From the human T2T-CHM13v2.0 reference genome, Homo sapiens: DNA of 64,000 bases. The notes beneath the pieces are model-generated. The model did not search any database. It was not told the DNA's origin and saw nothing but the letters and a program-made list of their open reading frames with translations. The stretch's first letter is position 1, and each line of letters begins with the position of its first letter. Both the position numbers and the translations under genes were made by a program. Location of the stretch: the NCBI RefSeq assembly GCF_009914755.1, contig NC_060928.1; one strand, 5' to 3'. Below are positions 26,909 to 40,269 of this stretch, piece after piece.

Positions 26909-27379
26909 AGAAAATTGGTGTTTCTGCCATATTGCACAAGTAACATACAATTTAAGAACCCAAATATTGAACTTTGAGTTTGCTTCCTAGTTTGAAATAC
27001 AAACAAGATATTAGCTGACCTGTAGCATCTCTTCTAGAATATAGATCCTGGCTGTTGAGTCCAGCTGAGAAAATGCCTGCAGAATACAGATCTACTTAGG
27101 AGAGATATTGGCTCTTAACATTCTGTAGCCTTTGTGCTACCCCTATATTGAAACTCCTTCTCAGCTTCCAGAACCACTCTTATGGAAAAATTCTTGCACG
27201 AGGAAAGGACAGACATTTCAATAGACTGCACTCAAAAAAAAAAAAAACAACCTGAGTTCATGTGGCAACATGTTTTTTAAGAAAGTCTTGAATGAATTGT
27301 TATTCTAAGTTTCAATTAATGATGATCTCAGCTGGAATAATTTGCACTTTTATGTAATTTGTGTTTCAATACATATGTA

Positions 27380-27440
27380 GTTGACAGGAGCTGTCTAGAT
27401 ACATCAGATTTACACATCTGTCAGTAAATCAAAGATTTAA
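27380..27440. promoter_or_regulatory. Candidate enhancer motif cluster (MEIS, PBX-HOX, TCF/LEF)
   Basis: TGACAG 27382-27387; CTGTCA 27418-27423 abuts GTAAATCA 27424-27431 (reverse complement TGATTTAC), which overlaps ATCAAAG 27428-27434; lies in a repeat-free block. Confidence 0.35.
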
Positions 27441-29299
27441 ATGTGAAAGGCAGTACCCAAGTGCTCCGTGTGGGTGTATAGCATTCCCCAGCAGATTAAA
27501 GACCAGCAAGTCAATACAAAGTTACAGACATATCAAAAAGCAATCTCTTATGTTACAGGTATATCCTTATTCCAGGACTGTACATGTCTGCAGAAATCCT
27601 TTGCCCATTTTTCCTGAACGTGGGAATCTACAATTGGCCGGAAAGGGTCAAATGTTAACAGTATATTTTAAATGCAAAATACAGAAACTTTTAATTTGGT
27701 GTTGGCCATTGCCTTTTAGTTGTTATCATTAGAGATGAACAGAATTATGAGCATTCTGAGTAACAATGTGGCCCTTAAGAGGGTGGAAATATTTCCCCAA
27801 ACGTGCATTCTGTACATCGGCAACACAGAAGTTACTAGGGGACTCAGAGCAAAGAAGCCCGAGCCCTTGGTCAGTGTGGCTGGATGGTCATGGATGCTGG
27901 CATTTCCTCTCCTACCTCTGCCCACATATACCCATCTTTTCAGACACTTGACAGGCACTTGGCCTTTGGCCCTATCCTGAGATATATGGCACACTTCCTA
28001 TGTGGACGTGCTAGAGGGCTGTAGAATCTCCAAAATGATATGGAGAAATTTTCTTTCCAATTGTCTTCTCTGACCAGGCAAAGCTCAGTATTTGGAAATT
28101 GGACAATCTATCCTGCTGGTATATCTGCTGTTTTAAAGGAAGATTTTTCTTTAGGCCACTCTATAGGCAATGAAGCAACTCCTCTTTAATTCTATTTCTG
28201 TCAGTCTCTCAGTTGCAAAAGCCCAAATAGTGTGCATTTGAGTTGAATAGCTAACATACTACTGGTTTATAGAAAATTATTCTGCACATTTTTGCCCTAG
28301 GCACGTAAAGTCTATCACATCACCTCCATGGCTGCAGTACTGCAACCACTAAATTCTTGGAGTGAAGGATAGGCTTGTTTTCCTTGCATGGGATGTGCAC
28401 AGAAATGCACCATTAATTTCACTGTGGGGCAAGATGTAGCACTTTGCTAGAATCTGTGTTTACAGTTTAATTATTTTGGTGGAGTGCACCGAAGTTTTAA
28501 GAATGTGATCATTTCAGTGCCATGGTTATTCAAAAAAATGTGTTTTAGGGAGACATGAGGATGGCACATATCCCTAACATAAGAGAACCCAAGAAAATAT
28601 AATTTTATTACCTGGACTGACTGACATGTGAAGCCCTTCAGATGTGATTTGCTACCTAGGCTCACCAGCCAGTAATATGCCAGTTTTAAACCAGATGACT
28701 GTTGGCCTCAAAAGCCCAGCTGACTTGGAAGTAACACCTTGTCATTTTTTTTTTCTACCTCCAAATCCCACTCCAGTGGCATGTTTTTCTAGTCATAGTT
28801 TATTATCGTCACCTATGTCTCAGGCTGTCCACCTTAGTACAAGCCCCAGGTCTGCAGAGCTTGTGATCTTTGTCATTGTTTCCCCCTTGTCCTTCAAGAC
28901 TGGTCTGTAAGGACAGAGGCCTAGATATCTTGAGCTCTGCAGCTTTTCCAGAACAACATTCATTACCTTTAGACTTATTAAAATCTAATCCTAATAGGGT
29001 TCCTGAAGTAGTTGTATTCAATTATTAAAATCAGCGGGTCAGTTTAATTCTGTCCCCAGTATATTTTTAAGAAAAGGAAATGGGAACTATTTTAAGGATA
29101 AACAAGTGATGTATGCCTTCCTGCACAAACTTATGGGTGGGGTGTGTAATTATAATTCTGCTCGGTGAGTTTGGATAACAATTACAGATAGCCCAGTATA
29201 GAGTTGGTGCTCTGAAATCTCAGTGTGACAATTCCCCAACCTTGACATTTCAGAAATTTCCAGATATTTAAAATAAACTTCTAAGAAGTACCATGATTT

Positions 29300-29900
29300 T
29301 TGCTAGGTACTGGGCAAACAAAGATAAATTAGACATGGATCCTGCCTCCAAAATGTGCACAGTAGTCGGTGGGAGGGCAGTAGATTATCCACCAGGCAGA
29401 TGAGTAGGAGAAATATGGTTGCAGGAGATGGAGCATGCCAATTTGCAGTGACAAAGGTGTAGCATGGAGTGTTTGCAGAAATGTAAGCACTTCCATGTGA
29501 ATGGAGAACGCAACTGGGTATTATAGGAGGTGTGCTGGAGAGGCAGGCAGAGGCCAGATTAGGTAGGCTATTGCAAGCAATGATACAACTCTTCCTCCTG
29601 TGAGTAGGTGATAGGGAACTATTCAAAGCATTAGCAAAAATGAATTTTTTTCACATAATTCTTGAGTCCTGGTGAGAGAGGAAAAATACTTTTTATATAT
29701 GTATGGAGCTGCTGGGAAGCTATTTCAACAGTGGAATATAAAGATGTGAATTATGACAGCTGGAGTGGGCTGAGGTAAATAGGACATTGTTAAGAAATGT
29801 TTAGGTAATGCAGTAGAAAGGTTTTGATGATCAGTTAGAGGTAAGAAAAAGAATAATAAAGGTGATTAAATATTCTTTCTGCCATGGTTAAATGGTAATG
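29300..29900 (-). mobile_element. L2 LINE
   Basis: GCTAGGTACTGGG, AGACATGGATCCTGCCTC, GGCAGAGGCCAGAT, GTGATAGGGAACTATT. Confidence 0.65.
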
Positions 29901-30714
29901 GCACATAATTAAAAGGTAATATATTGCACTTCCTGGAGTTGTATGGTGCAAATCTATACAAAAACACACGGCAACCCTGAGAGCTGGGTTGCAGTTTGGT
30001 CTCTGAACTTTTTATCAGTTAAAGCAAAGAAAAGAATATGATCAGTTAAAAGAGGCACCTTGTTAAATGGTGTAATGAAACAAAAACTGAAAATGCTGTA
30101 AGTTATAAAATGTAATAAATGTAGATGATGATTATTATAGTCAAATAGGCTTTTCTCTAGAGGAGCAGGGTGCTGTTGTCCAGCTCCCTTAAGTCTGTCA
30201 AATCCCCACAGTACACGAGCAGATTCCCTTCTTCCAGACCTTTCATCCACAGGGAATGAGAATGCTTCTACTCTATGCGGGATGCCACTTGGTTAACGGG
30301 ATACTGAAGCAGCATTGATTTACCCTCTATTGGTCCCTGCGTAGGGCACCCCTGCTCATCAATTGAAATCTATTTCTTAGAGGCAAACTCAGGGAGACAC
30401 TGAGCTGTCCTCCTGTATCACCTTCACTCTTCTTCTGGAGTCTTCTCCCTCTCCTTTTTTCTTTTCAAGCAACACCCAAAACTTTCATGCAAGTTAACTG
30501 TCTTGGTCTGTCTTGCTAGTTTGCCCAACATGCACAGCTTTGCCTGGATCCTAGCAGGTTCTGGGCAGAGAGGCAAGATGAAATTTCTGCCATGGATATT
30601 TTCTGCATTAAAAAAATCCATAATTTGACATTATTCAGGTATTCACTCTTCATTTCTTTCATTGACTGTAGCTGCTGAATTCTCTTTATTTTTTATTATT
30701 GATAAGACATAATG

Positions 30715-30895
30715 TTAGGATCAAAAAGGGCCCTAAAGATGACCTTGACCAGTCCTGTACTTTGACAGATGAGGAAACTGAGGCCTAGAAAAGTAAAGTG
30801 AATCATTAAAGGCTATACAACTGGGTGGTATCTGAACCGAGTCTAAAGCGCAAGTCCTCTGACTCTCAGAAAAGTCTTTCTTCCATTACCATGCT
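30715..30895 (-). mobile_element. MIR
   Basis: ACAGATGAGGAAACTGAGGCCTAGAAAAGTAAAGTGA. Confidence 0.8.
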
Positions 30896-31050
30896 GTTTC
30901 CCAGGGCTTTCTTGAAATTTCATGTAAGAAAGAGAGAGAAAGAGGTATGTGCTTGAGTTTCAAAACTTTGGAGAGTGTTGAATATTTAATGTCCTGACTA
31001 CAGAGTTTGCAAATGCTGTGCTGCTACCTAGTAATTGTTATTAAACAATG

Positions 31051-31094
<44 letters not shown>

Positions 31095-31121
31095 GATAGA
31101 TAGATATATAGACAGATAGAT

Positions 31122-31168
<47 letters not shown>
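31051..31168. repeat. Complex tetranucleotide STR (AGAT)11 GAT (AGAT)2 ATAT AGAC (AGAT)2 GAT (AGAT)11
   Basis: Read directly. Confidence 0.98.
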
Positions 31169-31169
<1 letters not shown>

Positions 31170-32435
31170 TCATTTGAATTTTTATAAAATTTACCTGTGC
31201 TATCAACTTTGGAAAAATGCATTCTGCCTGTATGTGTTGTACTGGCATTATACAGAAATTGGTCAGGAAACTGTGTTGATCTACACAGATTAAACTTTGC
31301 CTTTATAATGGAAATGTATTAAATATGTACATTTGTGAATACTTCTTGAACTCCATCCTGGGAGGAGGAGGTTGTCTGCAGGGTACTCAGGATCTGCAGA
31401 GGCCAGGCTGCTTGGCTCCCATCACAGGAGGTTTGCTAGGCAACCCAGAAGGAGCTTTCAAACAAGCCTAGATATTCCTGCCTGGCCTGCTGCCATTCTC
31501 CAAGAAGGCAAGTAGGCACAATAAATTAGAACTGGACGGTAACAGTTCACATGTTGCCCTTTAAGAAGTGTTGATATTTTATGGCAAGAGGTTTGTTTGT
31601 ACAGAACTAATCAGTCCATGTAGGGGTTTATTAGCTAATTGGTCAGAATCAAAACTTATAAAAAGCATTTGGAAAACAGTCATCTGTGATTACACTGAAG
31701 GAAAAAACCCTTAGATGAAGTCAGAAATGTTGATCCTTGAGAAAGCTTGCCAACCTGCATATAAATTTGTGTGGGAAGAAATAAATTTAAAATAAGTCCT
31801 TCTATACTAAACTTTAAAACTTCTCCATGCAAGGAAAAAAAAAACCAGATGGCATAGGTTTTATGAGGTCATAACTAGTACTTTGAGACTTGAAATTCCA
31901 GACCAGTTCCAGTGGCACCCACATATTTGCAGTAACATTTATGTAGAAAGATTAGACATTACCGAAAGTCTCAGGCCATCCCCATGCAGATACAAAAAGA
32001 TGCTTTTTCTTTAACCCTCTTTTATTTACTCCTTTATTTTATAAATGCCTGGTGAAGGAGGTTAGCCTGTTTATTAGAGTGAATCAAAATGGTTAAACCT
32101 AGTTATCTTGGGATACTGTGAGACAAAGTTTGATTATGTTGTATTTTTGTATTTGTATACTGATATATAAATACCTATGTGGTAAGATGTAAAGCAGCTT
32201 CAGAAGCCTTGGGTAATAAATTGTTTCTTGTTCATGAACTAAGCCACAATCCACAGCCATGTACTTTTTGTCCCATACTTGCTTGATTGTAGTACTTATA
32301 ATCTTGTGATAGACACACTTGTTTAATTAACAGTTTTCCATAGAAGTTTGTGAGCTCTGTGAGGAAGGAACTGTGTCTATTTAATTCACTGTTTCTTTGC
32401 CAGCATTTAGGAAAGTACCTGGTCCTTGGCCACAT

Positions 32436-32593
32436 AAAGAAAAAAAAAAGAAAAAGGAAGGAAGATGTATAGAAAGAGATAAAGGAAAAGTAGGAAGGAT
32501 GGAGGAAAGAAAGGTAAATGGGAAAAAGGAAAGGATGGAGGGAAAGAGAGAAAGGAAGAGGAGAAAGAAGAGGAAGTGGAAGAGCAGAAGCAA
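32436..32593. repeat. GA-rich low-complexity polypurine tract at the tail of an L2 fragment
   Basis: Nearly all A/G over about 155 bp; preceded by an L2 3' end (GTGAGCTCTGTGAGGAAGGAACTGTGTCT ... GGCCACATAA). Confidence 0.9.
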
Positions 32594-33479
32594 ATAATAA
32601 TCATAGTAATAAAGCCAGTTTAGTGGCTACTTTTTATTTGCCATAAAAATAAGGAACTGGCCAATTCTTTGGATCTTTTCAAATGGAATGTTTCTAAGTT
32701 TGCATGAGTAACTGAGTTGTATGTATCTCTAAATTTATATCAACATAAAGAATTCTGAGTATCCTATAAGAAAATCATATAGCCTCTCAAAGTTTTAAAA
32801 CCATAAGGCTTCTAATCTCATTTTGACTATTTATTTAGAAAAAAATAAAAAAAATTTTGCTACATTTTCCTAAGTAAAGTGAAGAGCTGTCTTTTAGTTT
32901 TTAATAGAAGAACTTGTACTTCATTTATTCTTCAATGGAATCCCGCCCCTCACTTTAGCCAAATGATTTCTCCAAATCCTCATTTTTTTTTGTTGTACAA
33001 ATAGAGTCGCTCAATTATCTCCCAAGGCTCTACAAAATCGAAATAACTTTTTCCTAAGCTAATTATTGTGGAAAGTTCCAAAAAGTACATGTGTACATTT
33101 TCTAATAAAAATATACAGTGATTATCATAGATCGATTGGTCTGGTTTAAGTCAAATTCCATTAATCAAAACCTTCAATCAACGGATTTATCGTGGATGCA
33201 TACATTTTGTTTCTAATTTATTTATTGTCTACATTCTGCTTTTAGAAGAAAAGGGAAAAGGACCAATAAGCAGGTGGTTAGTATTAATTTAGTAAATAGA
33301 AACTACATCTTCAATAGTATATTGTTGGAATAGATGGTTATAATGATAAACGTCTTTAAATTAATGTTCATAATAATGGCCAGATAGAACTCTAAGAATT
33401 TGCAGATAATCTGCTGTTTAAATAACATTGTATTAGGTACTCAAGCAGAGATAATATAGATGTGCCATATATGTTAGCA

Positions 33480-33670
33480 ATAATGAAACTTCTGAGCATT
33501 TATTATGTGCCAGGTATAATGCTAATGCTTTATCTACACTTGCCTCATTTAATCCTCACAAAAGTCCTATGAGAATTGTTTTTCCATTTTACAGACCTAG
33601 AAGCTAAGAGAGAAATAAAGTAACTTGTAAAAGATCACACAGTTAGAATTTTAACATAAATTTGATTCTG
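33480..33670 (-). mobile_element. MIR
   Basis: TGAGCATTTATTATGTGCCAGG, CTCATTTAATCCTCACAA, CCATTTTACAGA. Confidence 0.8.
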
Positions 33671-33993
33671 ACTTTTTGTCAGTTGTTCTAGTTATCATAT
33701 TTTAGTACTTTTTATCATCTCCTTCATTGCTTCCTTCCCACCCTTACTTAAACTGTGTGGTGCATACTTCTGTATAGCATTTGCATATTGTATGGGAATA
33801 ATTTGCAGCTTAAAAAAACTTTGCCTTTTTTATGAGAACACAAGCTCTTTGAAGTCATGGTACAGGGTTTTTCCTATTTGCAGCAAAGGGCCTAGGGCAG
33901 TGCCTGTAATCTAGCAGAATTCAGCAAATGTTTGTGGAATAAATGAGGGGTTCTATCTGGGTGTATTGCCTCCATTAGATTACAAATAGCATA

Positions 33994-34330
<337 letters not shown>

Positions 34331-37300
34331 TCACTTGTGAATTCTTTACCCACAGGGATGACTCAGATTAAGATTTATTGAATTGAATTAAGGATTTAAA
34401 TGAGTGCTATACAATAAACATTATATTGTTATATTTATTATGTTAACTGAGATGTGAAAATACTATCATATCTTAGATACATGTTCAATAAAGATAGATA
34501 AAATACCTTACAGGACTTTTCAATGAAAAAAGAATACAGTTTGTTGGATTCTCACAATAAACCTCAGAAATTAAGGATTCATAAGTAAAAAAAAAAATTC
34601 AGGATTGAGGGGTCTATGACTTGTCCACATTCACAGAGCTATAAGTAGGAGAGCTGGGATGAGAACCTAGGTCTCTGACTATTAGTTTGGGTGCTTGCTA
34701 TGATATTTAAACTATTATACTACTGACATTTCAATTTGTGAAAACAATTCCCCAAATATCTAGAGTTATTATGCTATTATTGTTTTTAATATTTACTGAA
34801 AATTACAAATTGATAGGTTCTTTTGTGAAAAAATTTATACAATATAGCCATGATGTGCTCCCAAGGAGCTTTACTCCTCCAGGAAATGCAGGGAAAACCA
34901 ATCCTGTGTTGAAATAAATCCATAGCACTCCTTTTCTTTATAATCTAAACTGTATAAAGAACTTATCTCTGCTGTATAGATCAGGAATACCCTGGAGTAA
35001 GCGAGGCATAGAAAATTATGTAAGCAAATCAGTGGGATCCCAGATTCTCAGAAACCAGCTCCACACCCAATCCATTACTACCGACCTGTATACAATTAAT
35101 CTCTTTCCATTCCTTTGGCTAAATTGAATCAAGAGCTCTTTGGTTGGGATTGCCAATAAATGCCTCAGGCTTTTATGGAATGCCTAGTATAGGGACTGCC
35201 TTACACATAATAAAAAAATCAGTAAATGTTTGTCTATTTCCTGGGTGAAAACTCCTTACTACGTCAGTCAGTAATTTGAATTTGGTGAGTTACAGTTTTT
35301 GTTCTGAATACCGTCACTGCTTCAAATTTCTACTTGTTTTAAACTCTGTTCATATTACTCATTTTGCAAGCTGTGAATCTAGCATAATGAAGTATAGGCA
35401 GTGTGCCTGCTGCTATAAGTAAGCCATTGGATTTTGTGGTCATCCACATACTTGTCATCTTTTCTCTCAGAAGGCATCTTTTTTTCTGACTGAAATAGGA
35501 TCATTTCCAAGCAGTCTTCTATTCATATATTTCTTACTATTTATAAGAATTTTCACTTTGAGGATCCCAGGATGTTCAAAAATAGATGAGAGCATTTTCT
35601 TTGGCCTACCTGTATTCTGAGATAGAGGCACCACTGACCCCACAAGAAGTAAGGCACCATTTAAGGTGGAATTCAAAAGAAGATACCAGGTTAGAAAAAT
35701 AAGTCCTCCGAAAAGCTTCCCATCCTTTCCTTCAGAGTTACAGCAGAGTTTTGAGCTTGTAAACTTGTTTGCATCTGACATGTTATTGTTAATAAAATAT
35801 TTTATCCTATGAAAGTAAGCATCTTGAAATAATTTATCTTCTGCTGGTTATAAACTTAAATTACTTAGACTGGTTCTGATTTACATTGGCCAACAAATAC
35901 CTAGATTTAATATTTTGTAGATAATCGATTTTTTTATCCTGGTTAAACAAGAGGCCTTCATAGAAACTGAGCACAGACTAAATTTATGGTTCACGTTCGG
36001 CAGAAAATGGTTTTCTCTACGTCAATATTAAGTTGAAACATAAGAACACCTGTGTAAGAATTTGTTTTCTGTAATTTCAAACTGATAACCTTAAATAACC
36101 ATTGTTAATAAAACTGATAGAAAAGTGGTCGATAGTTCATTGGGATCGTTGTATTGAAACAAGAACCTGTCTTTGTGGAGTGTCCCTTACAAATCTTCCA
36201 AGGACTATGTGTGGTCCCTACAACAAAATTTCTCACTTCTCTGTAGCTGTACGAATCTTGCCCATGAATAGCAATGCTGCGAGGAAACATGAACTGTAAC
36301 ATGCTCCACCCTGAAAATTCACAATTTTATTTTAATACCAGAACTTGCTAAAAATCCATTTTTCTAGGAGGAGCACTAAGAAAAAGGCCATAAAAATAAA
36401 TAATGTTCAAGGAGGAAAGACAAGTGAAAATATTTTATGTCAATGATGAAAAAGGAAATAAGTTCGGGGTTTTCTTAAATTATTTGAATTCAGTTCAAAG
36501 GAAAGCCTTAAGTTTCCTTTACAAATATGCTGGCAAAGTAATATTTATTATAGGTTTCCGAAGTTGGACTATATCAAGTTCAATAAGGAACAAGGTAGAA
36601 CTTTAAGTCATGTTATTTAGGGTAGTGCATCCTGGAATTTTTATTGCAGTGCCATATGTAGGAAATGAAAATATTTCTACAGCATTTTGGGCAAACAGGC
36701 AAGGCTGCTCCTGACCAGAGGCTACTGATGTGGGGTCTTAGTCTGCCTCTGGCCCTGGCCAGATGCCCTGAGGACTGAGGGAAAACATCAATACCTTCAG
36801 CATATCAATTGGCCACAAGTCAGCAGCCAGGAAAGTTCTATCCTGGAGGCAAGGTTGATATTACTATTTAGCCTCAGTATATGATTGTAGTTTTCACTTT
36901 TTATTTTTAATCACATATAAACATAGATAAGTAAGGATGATAACTTTTGAATCCAGCTAAGGATGACTTATTAATATGTGTCAAAACCCAAATTCTATAG
37001 AACCAAGGTTAAGGAGGATTGAAAAACAACATACAGAATAGTTTATGGGTCTTATAGTTCTAGTGTTGAGAAGTTACCAAAACCTTAATCAAATCAAGAA
37101 ATTATTTAAGCAGTTAATATAATCTGTTCACGAGGTCATTAACACTGTAGGATTTCTAGATTAGTCATAGCTGCTTTTTGTTGTTGTTGTTGTTTTTTTT
37201 TTTTTTTTTTTTTTGGACAGTAACCTTGCAAGGAGAAAAAAAGGATTGAGTTTATACATGTAGGATGAAAAGTTTCTATAAAACTGCTTTAGATCTTTAA

Positions 37301-37519
37301 ATTCTTATTAATTTTTCAGTTGCAATGCTAGTTAACATGGTTTATTCTGAAAGAGATACTGATGGTTATAGAGACCAGTTTTTTGGATAAACTAGGATTT
37401 ACGTGATTCAGAGATCAGTTTTAGCGAGATCTCTTGATTGCTGTGTAGACCCTTGTATGCAGACTGCAGCTGGTCTCTTTTCACTTTCTGAGAATGGGAT
37501 ACTACTTTACACATAATTG

Positions 37520-38035
37520 GATAAGAATCAGGAATAATTTATTTGCATGTGTGAAAAATACACTTAAACAGCTTAAATCAAAAGGAGACTCCACTGACCC
37601 GTGTAATCGAAAAGTCCATTGGGACACCTGGCTTCGAAAAGGCTGGATCTACTAGTCTCGTGATGTGATCAGGTCCAGGTCTTTCTCTCTTCAATTCTTT
37701 GCTTGGTTTCCTTGTTGCTGACTTCATTCTAGGCAAGATCTCTCCTGTGGTTCTAAGATGACTACCAGTTACTGTAGAGACTACATACTTCTCAATGCAT
37801 AACTCATGGGAAGAAAGCATATTAGTCCCAGAATTCTCAAGACATCAGAACTGGATTAAATTACATGCTCACCCCAACCCAATCACTGTAGCCAGAGAAA
37901 TGAAATGCACCAAATACTTAGCCTAGCTTCAAACCCCTTCCCACCACTCCACAATGCAATGCCAGTGAACTACACAAGTCATCAAATGGAAATTTATGGC
38001 TTTTAGAGTGGTGAGAATGGATACTGGAGACATAA
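37520..38035 (-). mobile_element. Old MaLR solo LTR (MLT1J/K-like)
   Basis: ACTTAAACAGCTTAAATCAAAAGG, GGCTGGATCTA, TTCATTCTAGGCAAG, CATGCTCACCCCAACCCAATCACTGTAGCCAG, GAGAATGGATACTGG. Confidence 0.65.
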
Positions 38036-38059
38036 TCAACTCTACAATGGAATCTTAGA

Positions 38060-38500
38060 AATAGAATGAGACTTTAGAATCTTCAGCCAAATGCTTACTG
38101 ACTGATCAAACTTTATAAAACATTAAGCAAAAATGGTCATTTAGTCTCTGAAGATACCACTCATGCCAATGAACCAGCTACTACCTTCTGAGACTGTTTG
38201 ATTTTTGAACTGTTCAGTTTGGCAAAGCCTGTCTTATATTGAACATAAATTTGCTTCCCATTGTCCTTTATTCATCGGTGTTTATTTTGCCCTTTTTAGC
38301 CACAGAAAGTAAATTCAATCCTTCCACATTACAGCTTTTCTAGTATATATTAAAATATTAATAGTTAAGATAGTTATCCTAAGCTGCTTTCTCCAGGCTC
38401 AATATCCCCCATTCTTTCATCTGTTCTTAATATTAAAAAGTTTAGAATACCCTCACTATTTTGGCCACTCTTCTTTGTATAAATTCTAGTTAATCAATTC
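38060..38500 (-). mobile_element. L3/CR1-like ancient LINE fragment
   Basis: CTTATATTGAACATAAATTTGCTTCCC and TTTCTCCAGGCTCAATATCCCC resemble antisense CR1/L3 3' ends. Confidence 0.5.
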
Positions 38501-38848
38501 CAAACTCAGACACACAATTCCATGATACGGACATAGAGACTCCCAGTGAGGCCACTGGGAAGTAGTTTATTGCTATATGTGTGAGTAGAAAGAGACTGAG
38601 TCTAAATCTTTTGCAAAATAACTTTAACAGCAGCTTGCTGAATAAGCCAGTCTCAGAAATGATTACCTTCAAGTAAAATATACACAGCCAGAATGAGTGC
38701 CAAAAATATGTTTTGGAACATGATCTCTCTAATCTGTAATCATTAATACTGGGCTTAATTGCTTAATTTTTTGTTGTCGTGGACCTGATGTTTGATTTTT
38801 AAATTTTTATAAATTATCAGTATTTAAATCAATGTATACATAATAATA

Positions 38849-39667
38849 CAGTTATGTGCTACATGTGATAGTAAACAAAGGACCACACAATGGTGGTCAT
38901 AGAAGATTATAATACCATATTTTCACTGTACTTTTCTATGTTTAGATGTGTTGAGATACACAAATAAGTTGGCCGTTGAAAAATGCAGGCGCTGGGGCGC
39001 CAACCCCCAACAAAGCTTAAAATGTGCGTATAACTTTTGACTCCCCCAAAACTTAGCTATTAATAACTTACTGTTGACTGGAAGCCTTACCAATAACATA
39101 AACAGTTGATTAACACATATTAATATCTTGTACACTATATACATTATAAACTGTATTTTTACAATAAAGTAAGTTAGAGAAAAGAAAATCACAAGGAAAA
39201 CATATTTACTATTCATTAAGTGGAAGTGAATCATTACAAAGGTTTGCACCCTTGTCATCTTCATGTTGAGCAGTCTTCATGTTGCGTAGGAGGAAGAGGA
39301 GGGGTTGATTTTGCTGTCTTAGGGGTGGCAGAGGCAGAAGAGGGGAGGAAACAGAAGGGGAAGCAGGAGAGGCAGGCACATGTGGTGTAACTATAACTGA
39401 AAACAAATGTGCCTAAGTGAACCCATACAGTTCAAACCTGTGTTGCTCAAGGGTCAACTGTACTTATCATCATCCTACAATTGCCCAGGGTATTCAGTAC
39501 AGTAACATGCTGTGTAGGTTTCTACCCTAGGAGCAGCAATTGGCTTTGCCATATAACGTAGGTGTGTAGTAGGCTATACCATCTAGGTTTGTTTAAGAAC
39601 ACTCTCTGATGTTCGCCTAAGGGTTCATTTCTCAAACATATCTCCATCGTTAAGCAATGCATGACTG
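38849..39667. mobile_element. TcMar-Tigger3a-like element, host of a nested Tigger2
   Basis: Termini CAGTTATGTG and CGTTAAGCAATGCATGACTG with TA flanks; internal GTATTCAGTACAGTAACATGCTG and GTAGGCTATACCATCTAGGTTTG. Confidence 0.85.
38967..39460. mobile_element. TcMar-Tigger2 (Tigger2a-like) nested at a TA site
   Basis: Terminal inverted repeats AGTTGGCCGTTGAA and CTCAAGGGTCAACTG; internal GTATAACTTTTGACTCCCCCAAAACTTA; TA on both sides. Confidence 0.88.
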
Positions 39668-39704
39668 TATATGTATGAACTCTTCAATTTAATGTATTTA
39701 ATAT

Positions 39705-39797
39705 TTATTAATTTATTTTGAGACAGGGTCTTGCTACGTTGCACAGGCTGATCTTGAACTCCTGGGCTCCAGTGATCCTCTTGCCTTAGCCTCCTGA
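39705..39797 (-). mobile_element. Alu monomer fragment
   Basis: TTTTGAGACAGGGTCTTGCT ... GAACTCCTGGGCTCCAGTGATCCTCTTGCCTTAGCCTCCTGA. Confidence 0.85.
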
Positions 39798-40269
39798 AGA
39801 ACTCTTTATTTTTTAAGATAATTCTTTTTATTTTCTCTTATAAAAATGAAAGAGAAAGAATTCCATCAAAATGGCCGTGTTCAGATACTATTCGTAAACT
39901 GAACTCTCAGGTCACTGACATTACTGTTAATGCTCTCCAGCAGCGTGATAACCACCCAGGGTACACAGCCTGGAGCATTTTGTATGGGAAATTTGACAAA
40001 CAGATGGTCCCACAGCTGTTCTATGGGGGTAGACAGCTGTCTTCCATCTATTTCTCCATTTCCCCCATCCTATCCATCACTACTATCTTCTTAAACATAA
40101 GATCACTAACAATTATCTATTAAGCCTGTGGTGTCCTCCTCTCTTTCATGAAATACTTACACTGGTGTTAACTCTGAAAAGGACTGGTCCCCATCAGACA
40201 CAGGAGAAGTGGGAGGAAGTTGAGCAGTGGTTTAAGGAAAGCCTGTAATGAGGTGTCTGGAGCGCCTCT

